Of a stretch of 64,000 nt of DNA, positions 8,212-16,601 are shown piece by piece. The stretch is from an uncultured Planctomycetota bacterium (GTDB lineage Bacteria; Planctomycetota; PLA2; JAEUHO01). The translations under genes and the position numbers were made by a program. Under the pieces are notes generated by a model, which was given only the letters and a program-made list of their open reading frames with translations, had not been told where the DNA came from and did not search any database. The stretch lies in contig CAVVXN010000005.1 in assembly GCA_963752285.1 (NCBI GenBank), forward strand, positions 448,001-512,000, written 5' to 3'. The stretch's first letter is position 1. Each line of letters opens with the position of its first letter.

Positions 8212-10592
8212 GCCCGGCCTTCGCCCGCGAGCCCGTCGTCCTGCCCGTCGTCCGGGCCGAGCGGTGGGTGGCCCTGATCGGGAACCCGAACACGGGGAAG
8301 ACCACGCTCTTCAACGCGCTGACGGGTGGCCGCGCGCGCACGGGTAACTACCCCGGCGTCACCGTGGACAAGCGGATGGGCACGCTCCGCGGCGCGGACG
8401 GACACGTCGTGCGCGTGCTCGACCTGCCCGGCACGTACAGCCTCGCTGCGCGCTCGCCCGACGAGATGGTCGCGGTGGACGTGCTGCTCGGTCGTCTCGC
8501 CGACACGCCCCGCCCGGGCGCGGTGGCGGTCGTGGTCGATGCCGCGAACCTCGAGCGGAACCTCTACCTCGTGACGCAGGTGATCGAGACCGGCGTTCCG
8601 ACGATCGTCGCCCTCAACATGATGGACGACGCCGCGGCGCGAGGCATGCGGATCGAGCCCGCCGCGCTCTCGGAGCGCCTGGGCGTCCCGGTCGTGCCCA
8701 CCGTCGCCTCGCGCGGCCAGGGCGTGGACGCGCTTTGCGCGGCGCTCGTCGGAGCGCTCGACGCGCCCGCGCCCGCGTCCCGGCTCGACTGGCCCCCGGC
8801 GATCGAGTCCGCCGAACGGGCGCTCGCGCGGTCCATCGCGGATGCCGGGCTCGACGGCGTGACGTCGGTCGAGGTGCGCCGCGCGCTCCTCGACGCGGGC
8901 GGCGAGACCGAGCGTCGCCTCGTCGCCCGGGGTGGACCGCGCGTCGCGCAGTCGATCGCCGCCCACCGCGCGGCGGCCGAGGCCGAGGGCGGTTCGCTCG
9001 CGGCGCTCGAGGCCGCGACGCGCTACGCGTTCATCGCCGGCGTCGTGGAGGGGAGCCTCTCCCGCGAGGCGGCCCCCGCCGTCACCCGGTCGGACCGGAT
9101 CGACACGGTCCTGACGCACCGGATCTGGGGCACGCTCGCGCTCGCGGCCGTGATGACGACCGTCTTCACGTCGATCTTCTCGGGCGCGGCGCCGATCATG
9201 GACTGGATCGACACCGGCGTCTTCAAGCCGCTGCAGCAGGCCGTGGCCGGTTGGGCCTTCCTCGGCGACGGCGCGGTGAAGAGCCTCGTCGTGGACGGGG
9301 TCATCGGCGGGGTGGGGAGCGTCGCGGTGTTCCTCCCGCAGATCGCGATCCTCTTCGCGTTCATCGCGCTCCTGGAGGGCTGCGGCTACATGGCCCGGGC
9401 CGCGTTCCTGATGGACCGGCTGCTGCGCGGGTGCGGGCTCTCGGGGCGCTCGTTCATCCCGATGCTGTCCTCGTTCGCGTGCGCGGTCCCGGGAATCATG
9501 TCCGCGCGCACGATCGAGAACCGGCGGGACCGGATCGTCACCGTGCTCGTCGCGCCCCTCATGTCGTGCAGCGCGCGGATCCCCGTGTACGTGCTCATGA
9601 TCGCGGCGTTCGTGCCGCCGATCGCCCTGCTCGGCTTCGTGAACCTGCAGGGCGTGGTCTTCGCGGGGATGTACCTGGTCGGCATCCTGGTCGCGATCCC
9701 GGTCGCCCTCCTCCTCAAGCGCACCGTGCTCCGCGGCGACACGCCCTCGTTCCTCGTCGAGCTCCCGCCGTACCGCATCCCCCGGCCGGGCGTCGTGGTG
9801 GCGCGCGTCGTCGAGCAGGCGTGGGCCTTCCTCGCGCGCGCGGGGACGATCATCTTCGCGGCGAGCATCGTGATCTGGGCGCTGTCCTACTTCCCGCGCC
9901 CCGACGACCCCGAGGCGCCCGTCCGCGCCGCGGTCACGAAGGCCGAGGCCGGCGTGGCGCCGCGGCGCGAGCGTCTCCGGATCGAACGCGCGCGCCAGGA
10001 TCAGGCCGTGACCGCGGCCGAGGCCCAGGGGCCCGCGCTCGGTGTACCGGCGCGCCAGGCCTACACCGCCTTCCTCGCGTACGCGGACGACGAGGAGGCG
10101 AAGCTCCGCGGCGAGGTCGAGTCGGCGCGGGTGGAGGCCGAGCACGACGTCCAGGGCGAGGCGCTCCGCGAGAGCTTCCTCGGCCGGGCCGGCCGCGCGC
10201 TCGAGCCGGTCTTCGCGCCGATGCGGTGGGACTGGAAGGTCGCCGCGGCCGTCGTGGCGTCGTTCCCCGCGCGCGAGGTCGTCGTGAGCACGCTGGGGGT
10301 CATCTACAACCTGGGATCCGACGCGGACGAGGAGAGCGAGGGTCTTCGCGACCGCCTGCGCGCGGCGTCGTGGGACTCGGGACCGCATGCGGGGCAGGCC
10401 GTCTTCGACCTCCCGGGGGCCATCGCGCTCATGGTCTTCTTCGCGCTGTGCGCCCAGTGCGTCTCGACGCTGGTCACGATCCGGAAGGAGACCGGGGCCT
10501 GGCGGTGGGCCGCGTTCTCGTTCGGCTACATGACGATCCTCGCCTGGTGCGCGGCCGCGCTCGTCGCGGTCGGGCTGAGGGCCCTTCTCTGA
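8208..10592 (+). CDS. feoB: Ferrous iron transport protein B
   Basis: GNPNTGKTT, GNYPGVTV, DLPGTYSL, LNMMD G-motifs; membrane domain GYMARAAFLMD, CAVPGIM, MSCSARIPVY, CAQCVST. Confidence 0.97.
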   Translation: MSPAFAREPVVLPVVRAERWVALIGNPNTGKTTLFNALTGGRARTGNYPGVTVDKRMGTLRGADGHVVRVLDLPGTYSLAARSPDEMVAVDVLLGRLADTPRPGAVAVVVDAANLERNLYLVTQVIETGVPTIVALNMMDDAAARGMRIEPAALSERLGVPVVPTVASRGQGVDALCAALVGALDAPAPASRLDWPPAIESAERALARSIADAGLDGVTSVEVRRALLDAGGETERRLVARGGPRVAQSIAAHRAAAEAEGGSLAALEAATRYAFIAGVVEGSLSREAAPAVTRSDRIDTVLTHRIWGTLALAAVMTTVFTSIFSGAAPIMDWIDTGVFKPLQQAVAGWAFLGDGAVKSLVVDGVIGGVGSVAVFLPQIAILFAFIALLEGCGYMARAAFLMDRLLRGCGLSGRSFIPMLSSFACAVPGIMSARTIENRRDRIVTVLVAPLMSCSARIPVYVLMIAAFVPPIALLGFVNLQGVVFAGMYLVGILVAIPVALLLKRTVLRGDTPSFLVELPPYRIPRPGVVVARVVEQAWAFLARAGTIIFAASIVIWALSYFPRPDDPEAPVRAAVTKAEAGVAPRRERLRIERARQDQAVTAAEAQGPALGVPARQAYTAFLAYADDEEAKLRGEVESARVEAEHDVQGEALRESFLGRAGRALEPVFAPMRWDWKVAAAVVASFPAREVVVSTLGVIYNLGSDADEESEGLRDRLRAASWDSGPHAGQAVFDLPGAIALMVFFALCAQCVSTLVTIRKETGAWRWAAFSFGYMTILAWCAAALVAVGLRALL

Positions 10593-10798
10593 TGGACACC
10601 GCCGTCGCCCTCGCGATCGTGCTCGTCGCGCTCGTCTACCTGGGACGGCGTCTCCAACGCGTCCTCGGGGCGGGGGCGGGGGGATGCGGCTGCGGAGCCC
10701 GCGCGGGCACGTGTCCCGCCGCGCGCGAGATGGGTCGCGAGATGGACGCGGCGGCGAAGGCCGCCCTCGGGAGCGGCGGCCCGCGCCGCGCGATCTGA
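10592..10798 (+). CDS. FeoB-associated Cys-rich small membrane protein
   Basis: One TM helix followed by GGCGCG...TCP; start overlaps the feoB stop. Confidence 0.75.
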   Translation: MDTAVALAIVLVALVYLGRRLQRVLGAGAGGCGCGARAGTCPAAREMGREMDAAAKAALGSGGPRRAI

Positions 10799-10899
10799 CC
10801 CCGGACCCGCGGGGGGCGGGGGGTCCCGCGGCGACGGAAGGGAACCGACGCCTGCTATCCTCCGTTACTCCACTCGTGATCCCCCACGGAGGAGGTGCC

Positions 10900-12201
10900 A
10901 TGCGCGCTCTGTCCCGGCCCCGTTCGCTCGCCCTCGTGCTCGCCCTCGCCGGACTCGCGGCGGGGTGCGGGGGAAAGGAAGAGTCGCAGTCGGGCAAGGC
11001 GGCCGCGGCCCCGCCGGGGACCTCTCCCTACGCCGCGTCCCCGTACGCGGAGATCCACGGCGCGGCGTCCTCGGGCCTCGCCCAAGACCTCGTGAAGAAG
11101 GCCGAGACCGCGGTCGGGAAGGGTCGGGAGGCGCTGCTGAAGGCGCAGGATCCATCGGGCGCGTTCGGCGATCCGACGCTCAAGATGCCGCCGAACGTGG
11201 GGTACACCGCCATGGCGGTGGAGGCCGTCATCGCGGCGACCCCGCAGCGCGAGGTGGCCAAGGACGAACACGTCGGCAAGGCGCTCGCGTACCTCGCCAA
11301 GCAGCAGAAGGACGACGGGTCGATCTACGACAACGACCAGTACGTCAACTACATGACCTGCGCGTCGATCGGCGCGTTCTCGATGGCGAAGGTCGCCCAG
11401 TACGCCCAGAACGAGCTGAAGGCCCGCGACTTCGTCGTGAAGAGCCAGATCGGCGGTGACGAGAAGGACATGTCCTACGGCGGGTTCCCGTACGGGGAGG
11501 AGCCCGACGAGCTGCCGGACCTCTCGAACGCGCAGTTCGCGGCGCAGGCGTTCCACGACGCCGAGCTCCCCGCCGACGCCGAGGCGTGGGCGCGGCTCCG
11601 CGTGTACCTCGACCGCGTGCAGAACCGCTCCGAGTCGAACAAGACCGAGGTCGAGGCCAAGGTGGACGACGCGAAGGGCGTGGTGGTCGCGGGCGACGAC
11701 GGCGGGGCGTACTACCGTCCGGGGATGAGCCAGGCCGGGCTCGTGAAGCGCGCCGACGGCACATACGAGCCGCGTTCGTACGGCTCGATGACGTACGCGC
11801 TCGTGAAGTGCTACCTGCTCGCGGGCGTGAACGCGAAGGACCCCAAGGTCCAGGCGGCGATCGGCTGGATCCAGGACCACTTCACGCTCGACCGGAACCC
11901 GGGCTTCGAGAGCGCGAAGGACCCCGAGAAGGCCGGTCAGCAGGGCTGGTACTACTACGTCTTCACGATGGCGCGCGCGCTCACGGCGTACGAGCTGGTG
12001 ACGGGCAAGCCCCTGGAGATCAAGGACGACCAGGGCCAGACCCACAACTGGAGGGCCGAGCTCGTCCAGGCGCTCCTCGACCGCCAGAAGGACGACGGCA
12101 CGTGGGTGAACCCGACGGATCGCTGGGAGGAGAGCTCCCCGACCCTCGCCACGTCCTACGCGCTCGTCTCGCTCGCGGAAGCGCTCGGCCGGTTGCACTA
12201 G
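10900..12201 (+). CDS. Prenyltransferase/squalene-cyclase-repeat lipoprotein
   Basis: GGAGG RBS, lipobox LAAGC, QW-like repeats (LLKAQDPSGAF, YLAKQQKDDGSI, RQKDDGTW), GGFPYG..PDLSN, SYGSMTYA. Confidence 0.85.
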   Translation: MRALSRPRSLALVLALAGLAAGCGGKEESQSGKAAAAPPGTSPYAASPYAEIHGAASSGLAQDLVKKAETAVGKGREALLKAQDPSGAFGDPTLKMPPNVGYTAMAVEAVIAATPQREVAKDEHVGKALAYLAKQQKDDGSIYDNDQYVNYMTCASIGAFSMAKVAQYAQNELKARDFVVKSQIGGDEKDMSYGGFPYGEEPDELPDLSNAQFAAQAFHDAELPADAEAWARLRVYLDRVQNRSESNKTEVEAKVDDAKGVVVAGDDGGAYYRPGMSQAGLVKRADGTYEPRSYGSMTYALVKCYLLAGVNAKDPKVQAAIGWIQDHFTLDRNPGFESAKDPEKAGQQGWYYYVFTMARALTAYELVTGKPLEIKDDQGQTHNWRAELVQALLDRQKDDGTWVNPTDRWEESSPTLATSYALVSLAEALGRLH

Positions 12202-12221
12202 GAGCGGCGAGGAGGCTCCCC

Positions 12222-12929
12222 GTGGCGGACCGTCCCGCCCCGCCCGATCCGGGGCCTTCCTGGCGGGCGGCGGCGGCCCTCGGTCCGCCCGCGCTCCCGG
12301 TCCTCGCGTTCGTCGCCGTGCGGCTCGCGGGCGGCGCGGGCGCGGCCGGCACGTACCGCGCGATGGCCTTCGCGCTCGTGGCGTCGGCCGCGGTGGGGGC
12401 GTTTTGCGCGCGGTCCGCGGCCGTCTCGTCGCTCCGCGCGGTCGTGGTGGCCGCCACGCTCGGCGGAGCCGCGGCCGTCTCGACGACCGAGGTCGCGCGG
12501 GGCCTCGCCGCCGCCTTCCTCGGGGGGAGCGTCGTCCTGTCCGCCTCGGGCCTCTCGGCGCTCGGACGCCGCGTCGGCGCGCCGGGCGTCGCCGCGGGCG
12601 CCGTCGCGGCGTCGGTGCTCTGGGTGGCGATGCTGGGGCTCTACTGGGCCGACCCTCTCTCGGAGCACGTGCCCCTGGCTCTCCGCCGTGGCGTGCGGCA
12701 GGCCGTCCTCTACGTCGATCCGGTGCTCGCCGCGTCGTACGGCGCGGCGGGTCACGACCGTCTGCACGACCCCGACGTCTACTTCGAGGTCCCCCTCGCC
12801 TCGTCGCTCATCCAGGCGCCGGACGCCCGGACGACGGGCCTGACCTGGACCGCCGTGGGCCTCCTCTCGTGGGCCGCGGCGCTCGTGGGACGGCGGCGCG
12901 GTCCGGGGACCGCCCGGCCGGCGCCGTAG
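12222..12929 (+). CDS. Hypothetical multi-pass membrane protein
   Basis: Several hydrophobic helices; fills the gap between co-oriented genes; start inferred at GTG 12222. Confidence 0.6.
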   Translation: MADRPAPPDPGPSWRAAAALGPPALPVLAFVAVRLAGGAGAAGTYRAMAFALVASAAVGAFCARSAAVSSLRAVVVAATLGGAAAVSTTEVARGLAAAFLGGSVVLSASGLSALGRRVGAPGVAAGAVAASVLWVAMLGLYWADPLSEHVPLALRRGVRQAVLYVDPVLAASYGAAGHDRLHDPDVYFEVPLASSLIQAPDARTTGLTWTAVGLLSWAAALVGRRRGPGTARPAP

Positions 12930-12939
12930 CATCGACCCC

Positions 12940-14406
12940 GTGCGCACCGTTCCGGGCTCTCTCGCGGACGCCGAGGTCGTCGTGGTCGGCGCGGGCGGCC
13001 TCGGGTGTCCCGCCGCGTGGGCGCTCGCGGCCGCCGGCGTCGGGCGCGTGACGATCGTAGACCCCGATCGCGTCGAGCCCTCGAACCTCCCGCGCCAGGT
13101 CCTGTTCGGCCCGGACGACGTGGGCCGGCCGAAGGCGCTCGCCGCCGCGCGGCGCCTCGACCCGGACGGCGCGCGCGTGCACGGCGTGGCCGAGCGCCTC
13201 GACGACACGAACGAGATGCGCGTGCTCGCGGGCGCCTCGGTCGTGATCGACGCCACCGACGGCGCGCCCGCGAAGGACTGGCTGAACGCCGTCGCGGTCC
13301 GTCGGGGCCTGCCGCTCGTGCACGCGGCAGCGCTCCGGTCGGAGGGCCGGGTCCTCGAGGTGCCTCCGGGCGGTCGGCCCTGCCTCGCCTGCCTCTTCGG
13401 TCGGCTTCGGGAGGAGGGCGGGGCGTGCGCGGACCTCGGCGTCTGGCCCGGCGTCGTCGGCGCGACGGGCTACCTGGCGGCGGCCGCCGCCGTGCGGCGC
13501 GTGCGGGCGCCCGACGCGCCGTCCCCCGGCTACCTCCTGCTCGACCGCGGCGGCGGTCGCACCGTCGTCCTGACGGCCGCGCCCGACTCCTCGTGTCTGG
13601 TGTGCGCGCGCGGCGAGGCGCCGCCGGAGCCGTACCCGTCCGTCCCCGCCTGCGCCGTGGACCCCCTGGCCGGTACGGCGCCGCTCGACGGAGAGGCGCG
13701 GCTCGACCTTCGCGACGAGTCGTGCCCGTTGAACCTGCTCCGCGCGCGCCGCGCGGTGGAGGACCTGGCGCCCGGCCGCGTCGTCCGGATCGTCCTCGGC
13801 GCCGAGGGCCGGGAGAGCGTGCCGGAGGGCCTGCGTGCGCTCGGGCACCGGCTCGTGGACGTCGAGGCCCGCGCCGACGGACTCGAGCTCGTGGTCGCGC
13901 GCGGTCGGACCGACGCCGGGCCCGGACCCGGCACACGCCTCTCGCGCGACCAGCTCCTCCGCTACGCGCGGCAGGTCGTGCTCCCGGAGGTGGGGGAGGC
14001 CGGGCAGCGCCGCCTGCTCGACGCCGCGGTGGGGCTCTCCGGCTCGGGCCCTCTGCTCGAGGCGGCCGCGGTCCACCTCGCCGCGTCGGGCGTCGGGCGA
14101 CTCGTGATCGATGGGGAGGGCGCGCCGCCGCGGAACGGGTTCCCGTACGGTCGCGGACGGACGGCCGCGGAGGCGCTCGCCGCGTTCCTCTCGCCGCGGT
14201 CCGACGGCCGGGTCGAGGCGGGTCCGCTCCGAGGCGACCTCCTCGTCGTGCGCGCGGACGACGCGGTTCCCGGGACGGAGGGGCTCGACCTCCTCGCGCC
14301 CGGCGCGGGCGCCGACCGGGACGCGCGGCTTCGCGCCCGAGGGGCGCTCCTCGCAGACGGCGCGATGCGCGCCGTCGTCGGCGCGGCGTACGCTGGACGT
14401 CCGTGA
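12940..14406 (+). CDS. ThiF/MoeB-family adenylyltransferase fused to a TusA-like domain and a second degenerate ThiF domain
   Basis: VVGAGGLG, D.D.VEPSNLPRQ, DATD, CLAC/CLVC Zn motifs; LDLRDESCPLN (TusA-like); then LSRDQLLRYARQVVLPEVGEAGQRRL. Confidence 0.88.
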   Translation: MRTVPGSLADAEVVVVGAGGLGCPAAWALAAAGVGRVTIVDPDRVEPSNLPRQVLFGPDDVGRPKALAAARRLDPDGARVHGVAERLDDTNEMRVLAGASVVIDATDGAPAKDWLNAVAVRRGLPLVHAAALRSEGRVLEVPPGGRPCLACLFGRLREEGGACADLGVWPGVVGATGYLAAAAAVRRVRAPDAPSPGYLLLDRGGGRTVVLTAAPDSSCLVCARGEAPPEPYPSVPACAVDPLAGTAPLDGEARLDLRDESCPLNLLRARRAVEDLAPGRVVRIVLGAEGRESVPEGLRALGHRLVDVEARADGLELVVARGRTDAGPGPGTRLSRDQLLRYARQVVLPEVGEAGQRRLLDAAVGLSGSGPLLEAAAVHLAASGVGRLVIDGEGAPPRNGFPYGRGRTAAEALAAFLSPRSDGRVEAGPLRGDLLVVRADDAVPGTEGLDLLAPGAGADRDARLRARGALLADGAMRAVVGAAYAGRP

Positions 14407-15326
14407 GGTCGCTCGCCCCGGTCTACCGCACGCTCGCCGCCATGCACCGCGCGGGGATCCCGTGGCCGCGCGCGGTCCAGAGCGCGACGCTCGACGACGC
14501 GCGCTTCGTGACCGTGCGGCGGGACCTCGAGACCGGCCGGACGCTGTCGGAGGCGCTCGGGGGGATCGTAGACCCGCTCGACCGGGCGCTGATCGAGGCG
14601 GGCGAGAAGGACGGGTCGCTCGATACGACGCTCGACCGCCTCGCCGAGCGACACGAGGACGCGCGCCGGAGGGGCCGCGAGCTCCGCGCGCGACAGGCGT
14701 ACCCCGTGTACCTTGCGCACGTCGCGGCGGTCTTGATGGCGCTGCCCGACGTCATCCAGTCGCACACGCTCGCCGCGGTCGGCTGGGCCGCACTCGTGCT
14801 CGTTCCCGTCTGGACCTGGCTGCTGCTCCAGCGTCGGTTCCTCGGCGCCGAGCGGCGGCCCGCGACGTCGGGCGACCCGCCCGCACCGCCGCCGCTCGTC
14901 GGTCCCCTCCGGTCGCGGGTGGAGGAGGCCGACGCCCGGGCCCTCGAGGCGCTCGGGCGGCTGTACGAAGCGGGCGTCCCCCTCGCCGAGGCGACGCCTC
15001 TCGCGCTCCGGGCCGGGTGGGGCGGGCGCGCCGCGCTCGACCTGGCGACGCTTCGCGACCGGGTCCGGCGTGGCGACGACGTCGCGGGGGCCTTCCGGCA
15101 CCTCCCGCCGGATCTCGCGGGCCGGATCGCCGCCGCCGAGGAGTCGGGCTCGCTCGGCGAGGCGCTGGTCCAGATCGCGGGGGAGCTCGCCTTCGACGCG
15201 GAGGTGCGCCGCAAGAAGCTCCATCAGCTCCTGCCCCTCGTCCTGATGCTCCTCGTCGGAGGGATCATCGCGGCCCGGCTGTTCACCTTCTACGCGCAGT
15301 ACTACAGCCAGCTCTCGGGCCTCTGA
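14403..15326 (+). CDS. Type II secretion system F / PilC-family platform protein
   Basis: Two repeats of L...AG.P...A / G..LS.AL / AGE..GSL...L.RLA and YP before a TM segment; GTGA overlap with the ThiF gene. Confidence 0.85.
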   Translation: MRSLAPVYRTLAAMHRAGIPWPRAVQSATLDDARFVTVRRDLETGRTLSEALGGIVDPLDRALIEAGEKDGSLDTTLDRLAERHEDARRRGRELRARQAYPVYLAHVAAVLMALPDVIQSHTLAAVGWAALVLVPVWTWLLLQRRFLGAERRPATSGDPPAPPPLVGPLRSRVEEADARALEALGRLYEAGVPLAEATPLALRAGWGGRAALDLATLRDRVRRGDDVAGAFRHLPPDLAGRIAAAEESGSLGEALVQIAGELAFDAEVRRKKLHQLLPLVLMLLVGGIIAARLFTFYAQYYSQLSGL

Positions 15327-15434
15327 CCGGCCCTCGTGCGGGGGGGGCCGGGACCCGGGTCCGGGTGCGCGTGGCGCGAGCCCGAGCGGTAGGATGGACG
15401 GCCGTCGCCCGCCCGATCTCCCTCGGAGCCCGTC

Positions 15435-16601
15435 ATGGAGCAGGAACAGATCATCCAGTGTCCGACCTGCGGGAAGAAGTACCGGTTGAAGGGAGCCCCG
15501 CCTCCGACCTTCACGTGCCGCGGCTGCCAGACCGTGATGGACCTCTCCGGGTTCCAGGCCGCGGCGGCGCCCGCGCCCGGCCCCGTCGAGACCGCGCGAC
15601 GCGGCGCCTCGCCGCCGCGTGGGGGCGGCGGGGGCGCGCCGAGCTCGCGTCACCGGCCCGGTCATCGCGCGGGCGCGTCGTCCCGGCGTAGCCGTCGAGG
15701 CGAGCCCGCGGCGGACGCGGGCGAGGACGAGGGTCGGCCCCGGTACTCCGGTCGCGAGAAGAAGCCGAACACGGCGCTCCTGATCGGTTCGGTCGCGGGC
15801 GTCGTCGTCGCGGGCCTCGCGCTGTTCCTCTTCATGACCGGCGGGGACAAGCCGGACGCGAAGAAGGATGCAGCGAAGAACGTGGCGCCGGTGAGCGCCA
15901 CGCCTCCGGAGACGACGAACACAGGGCCCGAGACGCCGACCACGGGGCCGGCTACGACGGACGCCACGGAGTCGCCGGACAAGCCGAACGATCCGCCGAA
16001 GGAGAAGCCGAAGCCGAAGGACGTCGAGGAGGCGCGGCCCGAGCTCTCGGAAGGCGACTACGCGAGCATCCCGATCCCCGAGGGGAAGACGAAGTACGGG
16101 TGGAACGCGGCGCGCATCCAGACGTACCCCTGGCCCTCGTACGTGACCGGCGAGGAGAAGAACCAGATCGACCAGTGGGTCCACACGCTCGTCTGGGGGA
16201 GCGGCCGGGACGCGGACGAGGCGGGGGACGCGCTCGTGAAGCTCGACGCGTTCCCGAAGAAGGGCGAGGAGTTCAAGGCCGTGGGACGGTTGATCACGGA
16301 GTTCAAGAACGTGCTCGGCCAGGGCAGCGCCAGCGACCCGATGACCCTGGCGCGTCTCCGGGTGATCGACCGCACGCTCCGCCGGATCGACGGCGCGATG
16401 GAGCGTGAGTTCAAGGACATCGACGGCATCAACATCAACTCCTCCGACCGTGACGCCGAACGTCTGATCAAGCGCTGGAACTGGTGGTACGACCTCGAGA
16501 AGTGGCGCCTTCGCCGGCAGCCCTACGATCCGCGAGAGGACATGACGGACTCTCCCGACAGCGGCGGCGACGACGGGGGCCTCGCGCCGCTCGACCATTG
16601 A
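15435..16601 (+). CDS. Hypothetical protein with N-terminal zinc ribbon, one TM helix and an extracytoplasmic helical domain
   Basis: CPTC..KY.L...CRGC zinc ribbon, low-complexity linker, TM LLIGSVAGVVVAGLALFLF, C-terminal WNWWY motif. Confidence 0.8.
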   Translation: MEQEQIIQCPTCGKKYRLKGAPPPTFTCRGCQTVMDLSGFQAAAAPAPGPVETARRGASPPRGGGGGAPSSRHRPGHRAGASSRRSRRGEPAADAGEDEGRPRYSGREKKPNTALLIGSVAGVVVAGLALFLFMTGGDKPDAKKDAAKNVAPVSATPPETTNTGPETPTTGPATTDATESPDKPNDPPKEKPKPKDVEEARPELSEGDYASIPIPEGKTKYGWNAARIQTYPWPSYVTGEEKNQIDQWVHTLVWGSGRDADEAGDALVKLDAFPKKGEEFKAVGRLITEFKNVLGQGSASDPMTLARLRVIDRTLRRIDGAMEREFKDIDGININSSDRDAERLIKRWNWWYDLEKWRLRRQPYDPREDMTDSPDSGGDDGGLAPLDH

